64,000 nucleotides of DNA from a virus (IMGVR_UViG_3300029969_000011), one strand, 5' to 3'. Shown: positions 54,024 to 64,000, counted from the stretch's first letter. The notes: a model not told the origin generated them from the letters alone. Numbers and translations: made by a program.

Positions 54024-56978
54024 TTAATATTCTGTTGCACCGATTGCATCTTCATCGTCAACGCCGTCAGCGCTTACTTTGAAGAGTTCAGCATCATCAA
54101 GAAGGTTGAGGTTCTCAGTATCCTTAACCATAGTAGAACCATCGTTCTCCTCTTCGTTCTCTACAACATTGTACTGGATAAACTTAACCATTACGCCGTC
54201 TTCAGGACGAAGAACCTTAAGGCTCATTTCGAATACTGTTGGGTCACCCTCTGCTTCAAGAGTGATTGTGTGCTCAGAGTTCATCTTAGCCTGTGGGATT
54301 ACGAACTGGAATCTCTCATCCTCACCAGTTTCCTTACTTCTTACAAATGTGTCACCGACAACCTTGTAAGTGCCAGGGAACTTATCAGCAGAGATTTCAA
54401 TTGTGTTACCAAGGCTGTTGCCCTCGTAAGCAACTGAACGAGTCCACTTGTAGAAGATTTCACCTTCTGCAATTGGAGTACCATCTGCATAAGGCTCCAT
54501 TGTGTTAGGGTCATAGTAAACAGCCTGAGCTGTGTTATCTGCCTCAGAAGGAGTTCCATTCAAGTTACCAGCAGGTACGATGAAGCTTCTCTTAGCAGTG
54601 CACTTCTCCATTCTGTCAATCTTCTTTGTCTCCTTGACGCCCTTACGGAAGTCGTTGCCCTCGTAGCTACCATAGATAGCTGCCATAGAAGCTGGAGTGA
54701 AGAGAGCATCAGTAATGTTAAGTGTGATTTCCTTACCATAGTCCCAACCGATAAGGTTTGCATTACCCTTACCACCAGTTGCATAAACTTCCTGAGCTGT
54801 CTGCTCGATAGTAGATACCTTAAGAGTATCAAGGAAGAGAACTGGAACATAACGGTTAGCCTTCTTCTGTGTCTTGTGTATCTTAAGTCCACCAACAGTG
54901 CAAGTAGCTTCAAATGTTTCATTGTTAGCTGTAATTACAGTTGTGTGGATTAAACCATTCTTAACAAGAAGTTCTGCCTTTCTGTTGTCGACGTAACCGC
55001 CGTCATTTACCATCCAAGCAGTTCTTGTAACGTTCTTGTTGCCGTGACGGTTAACTACGAAGATAAGTCCCTTGTTACCGATAATTACAAGTGCAAGCCA
55101 CTCTACACCCTTGAAAATCTTATCCTGGTAGTAAAGTGTGTTACCCTTCTTATCGTTGAACTTGAAGATTCCGTCCTTATCAAGAGCAAGTCTATTGTAG
55201 TTCTTGTTGTGGAGTAAGTACATATAAGCACTTGCGGCAGTATCCATAGCACCGTTTACCTTAACGTAAATAGCTCTATTAGAAGTCTTACCCTTTACAG
55301 CGTCATAGTCAACTCTTACTTCCTTACCAAGAGTACCATCAAGCATACCGATTTCATTAAGAGCAGTAACAACCTGTTCAAGTGGATACTGAGTCTCAAT
55401 GTCCTCATCGTTGTAAGCGTGCTTTACAGCTTCGCCATCAACTGTGTAGCTATAAAGGTTAGTGTCTCTGTCTGTGTCCTCTCCACCAGGAGTTGGGTCA
55501 CCAGTTGAATTTACCTTATAACCACCGAATACACCTGCAAGGCCGCCGGCACCAAGCTCTGAAGCAGTATCAAGAACAAGTCTCTTCTGACGAAGAGCGT
55601 CGATAGCATCGTTAATGCTGTAGTGCTTGTCATTGCCCCACATTACTGCGCCTGCAATAGCTGCATCATACTTATCTGCACCAACTGCTGCAATATAAGC
55701 TGCTGCATCTGCGAAGAACTGGATTCTACCATTGCCGTTTACTCTTGTGTAGTTATTGCCCAAGAAAGCAGGATTGTAGTAACCCATCTCATCTTCAACT
55801 ACAAGCTCAGCGTAGTCTGTATATGTTACATCGTAAGCCTTAGCTTCGATTGCGTCTGTAAGCTTTGCAAAAGCTTCTTTAATCTCATCCAAATCGTATG
55901 AGCCTTCATCGAACTTTCCAGCAAGACCAACAACTACGATTCTTTCAGCTGACTTAGGAGCACCAGCGAACTGGTCATTAAAGTCGAAATCACCGAACAT
56001 TGTGTCTGCGTTCTCGAATACGTATCTTACACCAGTCTTAGCAATAAGGTTCTGGTTCTTAGCGAACAACATAGCAACCTGCTGTGGGTAAGTAAACTCG
56101 TGAGTTCCTACGCCAGGATATCTGCTTGCGTCAGCAGTTGTAGCATTTGTGTTGTAAACACCAGTTGCAAGGTCTGCTGTAAACTGAAGTGTGATTTCTC
56201 CAGTCATTGTGCCCTTAGCCTTAGTAACGTGGTCTGAGTATTCAGTAAGAGTTACATTAGCTGTGAAATCAACTGGGCTTGTAGCTGCTAAGTTAGCAAG
56301 AATTACATCGCTACCAACTGGGATACCAGTATCCTTATCTCTCTTAAATACGAAAGTAGGAACACCAATACCGATTGGTCCATAAAGCTTAACGCCTGTT
56401 GTACCGATAATAGCTTCAAGGTCAGCAGTTGTTGTTGAGGCTGTAACAGTTACAGTTTCCTCAGTTACAGTAGCAGGTGTTGTTGAACTGTCAGTTGTAA
56501 CTTTAAGAAGTTCTGTACCAACGAAATCCTCTGGGTCAGTAACTACTATAGCTCCATTGCCAAGTTCTGCCATAGGAATTTTACCTTCAAGAGCAGCCTT
56601 AACAATAGCTTCCTGATTATCTTCAAATACATCTTCAACAGCAGCCTGTGTGTGGTCTGCATCAAGAGTATTCTTTGATTCGTCGTAGTAAGCTACAAGC
56701 TTTGCTATAACTGTTTCATTATCGTCACAGTCATAGTTAGTACCTTCAATGAGGTCAGCATCAGTAAATACATATGCCTCAAAGCCGTCCTCATCGCCTA
56801 CGCCTTCTTCGTTTACTGGGTAAACTGTGCGAAGCTCAAGAGCGCCTTTTAAAACAGAAGCGGCTGTAATAGTTCTCTGAGACTCGAATGTCTCTTCTTT
56901 CTTTTCAATACGGTAGAAAGTTACGTCAGCGACTTCCTTAATACCATACTTCTCAAAAAGGTTCTGAGTATTAGCCAT
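54024..56978 (-). CDS. Probable major tail (tube) protein with an ~690-aa inserted region, 984 aa, no TAG
   Basis: NLFEKYGIKEVADV at the N-terminus; LFLDTLKVST...GGKGNANLIGWDYGK from about aa 715; FPGTYKVVGDT, TITLEAEGDPTVF; highly expressed codon style; strong RBS and downstream terminator. Confidence 0.75.
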   Translation of the reverse strand: MANTQNLFEKYGIKEVADVTFYRIEKKEETFESQRTITAASVLKGALELRTVYPVNEEGVGDEDGFEAYVFTDADLIEGTNYDCDDNETVIAKLVAYYDESKNTLDADHTQAAVEDVFEDNQEAIVKAALEGKIPMAELGNGAIVVTDPEDFVGTELLKVTTDSSTTPATVTEETVTVTASTTTADLEAIIGTTGVKLYGPIGIGVPTFVFKRDKDTGIPVGSDVILANLAATSPVDFTANVTLTEYSDHVTKAKGTMTGEITLQFTADLATGVYNTNATTADASRYPGVGTHEFTYPQQVAMLFAKNQNLIAKTGVRYVFENADTMFGDFDFNDQFAGAPKSAERIVVVGLAGKFDEGSYDLDEIKEAFAKLTDAIEAKAYDVTYTDYAELVVEDEMGYYNPAFLGNNYTRVNGNGRIQFFADAAAYIAAVGADKYDAAIAGAVMWGNDKHYSINDAIDALRQKRLVLDTASELGAGGLAGVFGGYKVNSTGDPTPGGEDTDRDTNLYSYTVDGEAVKHAYNDEDIETQYPLEQVVTALNEIGMLDGTLGKEVRVDYDAVKGKTSNRAIYVKVNGAMDTAASAYMYLLHNKNYNRLALDKDGIFKFNDKKGNTLYYQDKIFKGVEWLALVIIGNKGLIFVVNRHGNKNVTRTAWMVNDGGYVDNRKAELLVKNGLIHTTVITANNETFEATCTVGGLKIHKTQKKANRYVPVLFLDTLKVSTIEQTAQEVYATGGKGNANLIGWDYGKEITLNITDALFTPASMAAIYGSYEGNDFRKGVKETKKIDRMEKCTAKRSFIVPAGNLNGTPSEADNTAQAVYYDPNTMEPYADGTPIAEGEIFYKWTRSVAYEGNSLGNTIEISADKFPGTYKVVGDTFVRSKETGEDERFQFVIPQAKMNSEHTITLEAEGDPTVFEMSLKVLRPEDGVMVKFIQYNVVENEEENDGSTMVKDTENLNLLDDAELFKVSADGVDDEDAIGATEY

Positions 56979-56990
56979 TCTTTAACCTCC

Positions 56991-57749
56991 TTAATCGTCG
57001 GGATTTTCACCCCAATATTTTGTTTTCAGCTTTTTGCTATCCGCACCAGCACAAATCATTTGAAGGTCTTGCTGCCATTTCTCACGCATTTGATGTCTGC
57101 GGACCAAGCTATAAAAAGCATATAGAGATTCATTTCTATCAATTCCAAAAGTGCTCGCTATTTCCATAAGCTCGACTAAAGTTTGCCCTTCACCTTTTTT
57201 CTAAGCCTATTTCTTTTTAACGGCAGCAACTTTTTCTCTCAATAAGCGCATTTTGCGCTATCCGGGTGTCTCATCTGCTGGCGGCGGCTCTGGAACTTCT
57301 CGACGATTCTGTAATCTCAATATATCTTGAAAATCACTAAAATTATCAAGAGTTATGAGGCGCTTCTCCTTACTTGCAGAAGGACCACCAACTAACACTG
57401 AATTGATTTTCGGAAGTAATAATACTTCCTCCTTTATAAATGTAGAAAAGGTATTCTTCAGTTCTAACAAAAACATATCATCATATGCCGCGCTTTGTAA
57501 TAAGTATTCCAAAGGATGAATTGCTTCTGTCGGTTCTGTACCTGTTTTTTCTTTAATTATAGTTGCAATATCGTCAGCGGTCAATAGAAGTAAACCGAGA
57601 CGCTTATTGTAAGTTGTTGTGCCCATTTCAACAATTTCTTTAATTGAGTAAGGATAGACTTTACAAATGTACTATTTATCATAAAAAGAGGAAGGAACTT
57701 TGCAGAAAGCCTGTTCCTTGACCTCTTCAATCTAATTAGCTGAAAGCAT
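56991..57749 (-). CDS. Conserved tail morphogenesis protein (putative assembly chaperone), 252 aa, 5 TAG
   Basis: ATG at 57749 overlaps the previous stop; ends CAGADSKKLKTKYWGENPDD; assigned by position. Confidence 0.55.
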
Positions 57750-58251
57750 TAATAGCGAACCTCATACTATAGCATCCCATCTCTTCAGTTAATGAAGCGA
57801 CAGAAAAACCAAGATATTTGATTTCTCCTAAACCGTTTATACGTCTGTCCTGTATAGTCTATCTTATCTAACTCATTATTGCGAAGGGGCGCAAATTATC
57901 TCCCGTAATTAGCCACTCATCAAAGGGGCAATATACATTTATAACCAAAGACAAGTTTTCGTTGTCTGAATTTAAACCATTAATGGAGCCTTCATCGAAG
58001 AAAATGACGAGCTTTGATTCAGTATTCTAACTGCCATCTTTAATCTCTTTCAAGGTCAAAAGCGGCACAAAACGAATATTCTTATTCATTAGCTTTAAAC
58101 CGTCAATTTCATTAGGATATACAGCTGGATTCAATGGGTCTCTTCCTGTATTAACAAGTAACTTTAAAAGAGTCTGGTCTTTCATAAGTTTCTTGCCAAT
58201 CTTTATTAAATTCTTACCAATTTCTTGTCCGTATTTAACAGCAGATTCCAT
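57736..58251 (-). CDS. Putative tail terminator/completion protein, 171 aa
   Basis: NVYCPFDEWL...LRPFAIMSQI...INGLGEI; lies between the neck genes and the tail tube. Confidence 0.6.
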
Positions 58252-58255
58252 TAAA

Positions 58256-58987
58256 TCACACTCCATTCAAGAAGAAGTTATCATCTTCACCGACAAGAAT
58301 ATTTTCAGATGAAAGCGGCTCATTCTCTTTAACCATTCTTTCGCTGATATAAAGATATGCCACATTTGGAACAGCATAATTATTCTTACCAACAATCTAC
58401 CAGCCTCTATTCATATAATTAAAATATGAACCTTTCTGAAGCTCTGGATTATCCTAAGTAATAATAATGTTAGTTGAGAATGGCTCATTATAACCAAGCT
58501 CATTCGCATTCTTAATAGTAGTATCCTACATCAAAGACTGTGCATTATTAACATACTTAGCTGGTGCTGAATAACGTGTTGTACCATATTCATCAATCAA
58601 ATTAATTTCGGTGTCAAGACATATAATCTTGTAAGACTAATGTCCTTTAGTAAGATTATCTTCTTTATAAATTATTATCCAAATCTTATCCCATTCCTTA
58701 TCTTTAATCTTCTATTTTATATATAAAATGTCCCCAGTTTTTAGTGGCGCGGCAGAAGTGGACATTAAAAGATTACCTATCAAGTTACTTTCATTCCATT
58801 TATTAGGCTACAAAGACGCCTATACGTCAACAGGTTCATCATTAACTTGATAGAGCGTAACCAAATATTCGGTCTATTTCAGGAACAATCTATCAAACTC
58901 TACTTCCTTTCGAGTCTTAATTCTGTCCTGACGTGTGAAGCCGCCGTGATTAATTCTTTTCAAATACACATCTGTAAAGTAACTCAT
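58256..58987 (-). CDS. Putative head-closure (stopper) protein, 243 aa, 8 TAG
   Basis: Single frame ATG 58987 to TGA 58256; entirely missed by the track; assigned by position. Confidence 0.6.
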
Positions 58988-59256
58988 TGAACATCAATCC
59001 TATCAAATAAGTTCATGCACTCAAAGAGTGTCTTTCGATAATACTCGAAAGATAAATAACGGCAGGCGGATAATTTATAATAAAGAGTGTAATAATCAAT
59101 TGTCTTATTACAATCTTCATATCCCATTAACTCAATAAGAATACTATCTAAGAACTTTTTCCATTCCCCATTTTTCTCTCTTTCGCGAAGAAGCCCATAG
59201 AGTTTCTTTTTCATCTTGTCTCTATAGGCTTCTCTTACATCATCTATATTAGCCAC
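58984..59256 (-). CDS. Hypothetical neck-region protein (90 aa)
   Basis: GTG at 59256 after AGGAG; in frame with the track ORF. Confidence 0.6.
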   Translation of the reverse strand: MANIDDVREAYRDKMKKKLYGLLREREKNGEWKKFLDSILIELMGYEDCNKTIDYYTLYYKLSACRYLSFEYYRKTLFECMNLFDRIDVQ

Positions 59257-59725
59257 GTCTACTTCTCCTATTACGTCCTCCACCAGCAAGGCGGCCATAC
59301 TTAAATGGTGCCTTAGAAGGGGCACGATAGTAAATAGCTTCAAGGTCCTTAGCTTCTTCTTCAGCTTGAGCCTTTAACTTAATAAACTAATTGAGCAAAT
59401 GGGCTTGGGAAAATTCATGTTCATCATATTGAGTTTTTATATTCTCCCAAGTGTCGATGCTGCGTTTTACCCACTGCAACTTCATATATACAGCAAGTAT
59501 ATTAACTTCATCATCTGACATCTTGGGGTCTGCAAATGTTTGAGTTATATCGTCTACTCTTAGACTACAACGAGGAAATTTAAAATATGGAATAGCCTAA
59601 TTTAAAATAGCGTGCCAGTCGGCAGTCATCCACTTCAAGTCCTCTTCTGTAATATTGCAGTCAGACCATTCATCGTCTGATATACGACTGAGGAAGTTAT
59701 CGTAGACTTCCTGTAATGTTACCAT
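59249..59725 (-). CDS. Putative head-tail adaptor, 158 aa, 2 TAG
   Basis: TLQEVYDNFLSRISDD...LAVYMKLQWV...FSQAHLL; missed by the track; follows the capsid genes. Confidence 0.65.
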
Positions 59726-59742
59726 TTACATCACCTTTTAAA

Positions 59743-60261
59743 TTAGATTCTTCTTCCCTCAGCTGCGGCTTTCTTCTCTGCAGCATCTTCTGCAGCGATT
59801 TCTTCCTGTGTTCTTATAGCCTTGAGAATATCACGGCCAGTAACTTCCTTTAAGATTGCACACTTATCAACATTAACAATTTTATTTGAAATTGCAAAAT
59901 CAATAAGATTATCTATCTGAGCATCGGGTAACTTGGCAAGCTCTTTTTTGAAAACAGCTATTGGCTTATTGTTCAAAAGCTCTCTCATCTGAGTCTCACT
60001 AAGTGCGATGATATTTGTAGGTTCTGTTGCTTCCATAGGCTCAAGACCGAGGTCCTGCTTATCCTTCATATTGTCGATATAAAGCATACCCTGTCTAAAC
60101 ATATTTGCAACGCCATCATTATAAAGTAATATCTGAAGCTGGTCAAAAGGAATAGGCAATGACTGTCCTCTCTTCTGCCAACGACGTTTGATACCTACAG
60201 AAAGGTCTGTAATACCTACCTGTGAATCTACCATATTAGTTACTTTTACCATTCTTTCCAT
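59743..60261 (-). CDS. Conserved post-capsid protein (172 aa)
   Basis: GGAGG RBS before ATG 60261 (MERMVKV...); no TAG. Confidence 0.65.
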   Translation of the reverse strand: MERMVKVTNMVDSQVGITDLSVGIKRRWQKRGQSLPIPFDQLQILLYNDGVANMFRQGMLYIDNMKDKQDLGLEPMEATEPTNIIALSETQMRELLNNKPIAVFKKELAKLPDAQIDNLIDFAISNKIVNVDKCAILKEVTGRDILKAIRTQEEIAAEDAAEKKAAAEGRRI

Positions 60262-60283
60262 TATTAATTCCTCCTTTAAACTC

Positions 60284-60318
60284 AAAAACGGCGAGTGAGC
60301 CGAACTCACTCACCGTTC
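60284..60318 (-). terminator. Intrinsic terminator after the major capsid gene
   Basis: On the - strand: ACGGTGAGTGAG-TTCGG-CTCACTCGCCGT followed by TTTT. Confidence 0.8.
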
Positions 60319-60357
60319 TCATGGTATTTTACCTAATTTTATTTTTTTTAGACTAAA

Positions 60358-61509
60358 TTAGTCCTCTGGTGGCCAAACTGCTCCGTTGTAAGTACCTGCA
60401 GCGAGGTCAAGCTCGTACTTAGTAGGATACTTCTCAGGGTCAGCAAGATTAAGGTTAACATATACGCACCAGTTGTAGTTTGTAAGAATTGCAACACCGA
60501 CTCTCTGGTAAACTTCAATCTCGAAGCTACGGTCTCTGTGCTGCCAATCATCAAGCTGAGTGTTACCCTCGAATACAACCTTTACAGGCTTTGTATCTCC
60601 AACTGGGAAGATGTAAGCTGTAGATGGGTTAGCGATTGTAACTTCGTTAGTTTCGTCAGTGTAAGACTGAGGAATTTCAACGATTGGGTTACCACGGAAT
60701 GTGCGGATTCTGCCGTAAGCGGCAATTTCCTCAATGTTACGTGGGTTATATACAGGAGTTGCGTATCCACCGTAACCAGTACCAACGTTCTGAAGGGCAT
60801 TACCATATACAGGCATACCGATTGCGTCAGGACCCATTTCAGCAACGAACTCAGGTGTAGCGTAAATTACAACAGAACCGCTTGCGCTGTAAGCTGAAGC
60901 TACTGCACAAAGTGAAGCCATTGCGTCTGCATCGAAACCAGCACCGATGTACTTGTTCTTAGCAGGTCTGTTATCAGCATTAACTGCTGCAAGAAGAGCT
61001 CTCTGGATTTCGCCGTAAACAGCTTCCTGGAGACCTTCAAGGAGAAGATTAGTAGACTCTGCGATGTCCTCGTCGCCACAAAGATATCTCTCGAAGTCAA
61101 TGTAAGCAGCGCCACCGATTGCACGTCCACCAAGCTCGAATGTGTTCTTATCAAGTCTGAAGCTCTCATAAACACCAGAAAGAGCAACTGCTGTAATGAA
61201 CTGCTTAGCACGTCTACGGCCAGTGTTGATTACGAATACAGCCTTCTGGTTGAGTGGAACAGTCTTAACTTCTGCGAAAGAACCGATGAACTGTTCAACC
61301 TGCTTAGGAAGAATCTCAGTATATGCTTCCTGCATAATCTCGAAAAGGTCGAGCTTATTTCTTCTGTATGAATTGTAGTCGTTTGCTAACTTGTGAATTT
61401 CTTCACTAAGAGTAGCCTTAACGTCCTTATTACTAAACTTAGTAGGGTCTGGACTTGTTCCATAGAAAGAGTGAACAACCAAATCCTTTATTGCTTTGAT
61501 ATCAGCCAT
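60358..61509 (-). CDS. Major capsid protein, 383 aa, no TAG
   Basis: Size, position after the scaffold and decoration genes, strong codon bias, downstream terminator; HK97-like features (FAEVKTVPLNQKAVF, FRGNPIVEIPQSY). Confidence 0.85.
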   Translation of the reverse strand: MADIKAIKDLVVHSFYGTSPDPTKFSNKDVKATLSEEIHKLANDYNSYRRNKLDLFEIMQEAYTEILPKQVEQFIGSFAEVKTVPLNQKAVFVINTGRRRAKQFITAVALSGVYESFRLDKNTFELGGRAIGGAAYIDFERYLCGDEDIAESTNLLLEGLQEAVYGEIQRALLAAVNADNRPAKNKYIGAGFDADAMASLCAVASAYSASGSVVIYATPEFVAEMGPDAIGMPVYGNALQNVGTGYGGYATPVYNPRNIEEIAAYGRIRTFRGNPIVEIPQSYTDETNEVTIANPSTAYIFPVGDTKPVKVVFEGNTQLDDWQHRDRSFEIEVYQRVGVAILTNYNWCVYVNLNLADPEKYPTKYELDLAAGTYNGAVWPPED

Positions 61510-61528
61510 TCTTTATCCCTCCTTCTAA

Positions 61529-62302
61529 TTATTCTGTAGCTGGCTTATTTACAAACTTAAGCTTGAAGCTAAGTGTTGTATCAGCGTTGTTATATGCTTC
61601 TGTTACGATTGCGTAAACGTTACCAATTGCCTTTGCGATAAGAGCAGTATCAGTTGTGAAAACAAGCTTACCTCTATTAACAATAGGAGCGTTTGCATCT
61701 GCATTTGCAGTATAATCTGCTGTATCAAGAAGAACTGCATAAATAGGAGCAATATCAGGTCTTACATCGTTGTCATCATCAACAGTATCCTCAGCTTTTC
61801 TGATAGCTGCGATATACTGCTTAACTGCATCATACATAACCTTAGAATCCTTAATACTTCCACCATCGGCAACATAAGGAGCCTTCATAAAGTCAGACTG
61901 GTCATCCCAAACGATTGAGTTTGTGCAAATTCTCATACCAGGCTCGGTGAAACCGATTCTTGGGAGATATTCGCCAGCAACCATGCAGAAGTTTCTACGA
62001 CCAGGAGTAAACTGGTTATAAATCTTCTCAGTTGAGTAGTTAATACCAGCAACATAACCGAAGTCAGCTAACTTCTTTGAAGGAATGCAAGCAAGCTTTC
62101 TTTCTTTATCGCACATTAAAAATGCGCCGTTCTCAGCAACAATCTTTCCCTGAGCAGCCTCAGCAGGAAGAACTGGGAAGTGAGAAGCAAACTGGTTAGG
62201 ATTGAGTTCACACTGTGCTTCAACCATACCTGCGCGGTTGAACCAAACCTGTGATGGCTCAATCTGACCGTAACCTTTACAATCAAATTCATGAAGTGCC
62301 AT
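61529..62302 (-). CDS. Putative capsid decoration/structural protein, 257 aa, no TAG
   Basis: Between scaffold and MCP; GYGQIEPSQV, ENGAFL; highly expressed codon style. Confidence 0.6.
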   Translation of the reverse strand: MALHEFDCKGYGQIEPSQVWFNRAGMVEAQCELNPNQFASHFPVLPAEAAQGKIVAENGAFLMCDKERKLACIPSKKLADFGYVAGINYSTEKIYNQFTPGRRNFCMVAGEYLPRIGFTEPGMRICTNSIVWDDQSDFMKAPYVADGGSIKDSKVMYDAVKQYIAAIRKAEDTVDDDNDVRPDIAPIYAVLLDTADYTANADANAPIVNRGKLVFTTDTALIAKAIGNVYAIVTEAYNNADTTLSFKLKFVNKPATE

Positions 62303-63819
62303 TACTTATTACCTCCATTCAATCTTTTATTTAATAGTGCGAGAGCACCGGTCTCTACGACCTTGCCACTTGCATTATCTCCCTTGTAGAACTTATCTGG
62401 CTCGTTCTTTCTATTTGAGAAGATTGATGGGTCATTCTCAACAGCTGCTGTGCATACGTCCTTCTTGAACTCGTCTACAGAGAGGTCATTCATAGAGTTC
62501 TTAAAGTTTGTGATAGCGTCATCGCTGAGATATTCCTCATACTTAGCAAGAATAGCGTTCTTCTGGTCAGTTTCAACATTCTTCTTGAACTCGACCAATG
62601 CTGTGTTCTCATTTGTAATGTCGTTAATTTTATTGTTTAATTCAACTTTTTCAGCCTCCATTGTTTCAATCTTTGAGTTGAAATCTGCAATAGCAGTATC
62701 CTTCTCAGCAATTGAAGCCTCAAGAGTAGTCTTAGTTGATTCAAACTCACTTGCTGCTGTCTCAAGAGCTGTGATTTTCTCGTTAAGAGAAGCCTTCTCA
62801 GTCTCGAACTCAGTTGCAGCTGTTTCAAGAGTAGCAACCTTTTCAGTAGCCTCAGTGTAAGCAGTATTAGCAGCTTCGAATGAACCGTTACCAACTGCCT
62901 TCATAGCTTCAAGAGCTGTGAACTCAGCTTCAGTAACGTCTGTAATCTTAACTGATACAGTCTCACCAAGAGTTACATTGTCGCCGTCCTTAGTGTAGTA
63001 TGCTCTCATAAAACCGTCCTTGCTGCGGCAAAGAGCATAGTCATCATAAACGTCAACGATAAGAGCACTGATTTCCCAGTTGCCTGCTTCGTTGAAGTTA
63101 GGATTTACAAGGTCAAACAAAACGTCTGCCTTTTCATTATCAGATAATCTGAAAAGTGACTTATCCATTTTCTTACTCTCCTCCTTCTTCTTAGTAAAGT
63201 TTCTGACGTAAGCAGTCATTACTTCAATAAGCTGTTCTTCTGTAAGTTTGGAGTAGAAAGCAGAACCCTCAAAACAAGGTTCAACATCTTCTCCCAAGGT
63301 CTGTAAACCACAGAGTCCACCTGATATAAAGTAATAATATGGTCTTCCGTCTTCTTCGCTCAAACGCCATTCACCCTTTAAGTTCTTTCTAAAAATCTCC
63401 ATTGACTGGGGCTTTCCAGGAATTAAATGAGCTTCAGCATAGATACCAGTGAATAGAAGAACGTCACAAGACGCATATGAACGAGTGACACCATCTTCAT
63501 CTTCGAAGTCTTCCCAAGCGAAGTTTGGATTTTCAGGGACGATTCCATAGATACGTCCATCAGAATTATCTTCACCGTGGTCCTCGAAGTCAAGGGAGTC
63601 TTTATCAAAGATTCCCTTAACTGGAGTATATGGCAAAGATGCTATAAGCTAATTCGCAAAATCCTCTGATATAAAAGTACGATTTCTATTCATACCCTTA
63701 TAAAAAATTCGTACTCTGCTTTTAGATAAGACATCGTTATATTTTTCTGGCACACCGTAGACTGTTACGTCTAAAGTACAAGGTGGATTTGAGAAGTCAG
63801 AATGATTTATGTTACTCAT
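62302..63819 (-). CDS. Putative prohead protease/scaffold fusion, 505 aa, TAG at codon 57
   Basis: ATG at 63819 is in frame through TAG 63649; N-terminal RVRIFYKGMNRNRTFI...LPYTPVKG; C-terminal long acidic coiled coil. Confidence 0.7.
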
Positions 63820-64000
63820 TAATCATCGCCCTCCTCTTTTTTATTGTTATCCTCTTTTTTCTACTCCTACTTGCCGCCGGAGTCAGTTTTAGCTGACGGT
63901 GTGGAAGCTGGCTCTTTTCCGTCACTTATCGGCTGTCCCTGAGCTTTACCGGACTGAGTATAAGCAGACTGAAGAGGTTTAAGAACTTCATCAAGATTAA
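63819..64000 (-). CDS. C-terminus of the probable portal protein (partial)
   Basis: NLDEVLKPLQSAYTQSG... ending KQEQKKEDNNKKEEGDD with two TAG; TAATG overlap with the protease gene; assigned by position. Confidence 0.55.

Noticed and set aside
54024-56978. 984-aa gene as a contractile tail sheath
   Set aside because: It shares its core with four tube-like paralogs, no baseplate wedge genes are present, and Dit/Tal plus a long TMP indicate a siphovirus.
56991-57749. Programmed frameshift in a tail assembly chaperone
   Set aside because: The gene is one continuous frame under TAG read-through, so no shift is needed.
26600-59725. Heavily fragmented - strand ORFs read as pseudogenes, a decayed prophage or sequencing errors
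   Set aside because: Fragments stay in one frame across kilobases, every break I checked is TAG (not TAA, TGA or a frameshift), and catalytic motifs are intact across the breaks.
1566-63608. Many antisense or alternate-frame ORFs in the track (e.g. 1566-2231, 18343-18762, 35128-35604, 50019-50447, 62450-62860)
   Set aside because: They are shadows of longer genes with clear motifs; they lack RBSs and recognisable domains.
1-64000. Suppressor tRNA (CUA), other tRNAs, CRISPR array, DGR, group I/II intron, IS element
   Set aside because: Intergenic gaps are short and I saw no cloverleaf, repeat-spacer array, reverse transcriptase or transposase. The suppressor may lie outside the window.

Overview
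This window is part of a large, AT-rich lytic-type siphovirus of a Firmicutes (probably Clostridia-like) host. It appears to use genetic code 15, with TAG read as Gln, so the supplied code-11 ORF track breaks many genes into pieces or misses them. I re-read both strands by hand with TAG as a sense codon. The + arm (1-26563) carries nucleotide metabolism and replication genes: NrdD/NrdG, a ferredoxin-thioredoxin-reductase-like protein, GyrB/GyrA, SSB-like, AAA ATPase, PIN-PhoH, helicase, primase, RecJ-like, DnaE, ClpP-like, dUTPase and RuvC. Seven near-consensus sigmaA promoters drive it. The - arm (64000-26600) is virion morphogenesis: portal end, protease/scaffold, capsid, neck genes, five paralogous tail-tube-like genes, a possible PD-(D/E)xK protein, a 2535-aa tape measure, Dit, a 2110-aa Tal-like protein and an M23+VanY cell-wall peptidase. 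The arms converge on a bidirectional terminator near 26568-26595. Main observations: (1) TAG use is tiered, with none in DnaE/GyrB/primase or in the major capsid and major tail genes, one or two 5'-proximal TAGs in helicase/SSB/RecJ/ClpP/dUTPase, and dense TAGs in RuvC, low-copy assembly genes and the lysin; (2) GCCGC/GCGGC and the palindrome GCCGCGGC are strongly over-represented; (3) the tail-tube paralog array has a free-standing mini-copy of one subdomain inside the RNR operon. No tRNA, CRISPR array, intron or IS element was seen. All annotation is by eye from motifs; no database searches were run.
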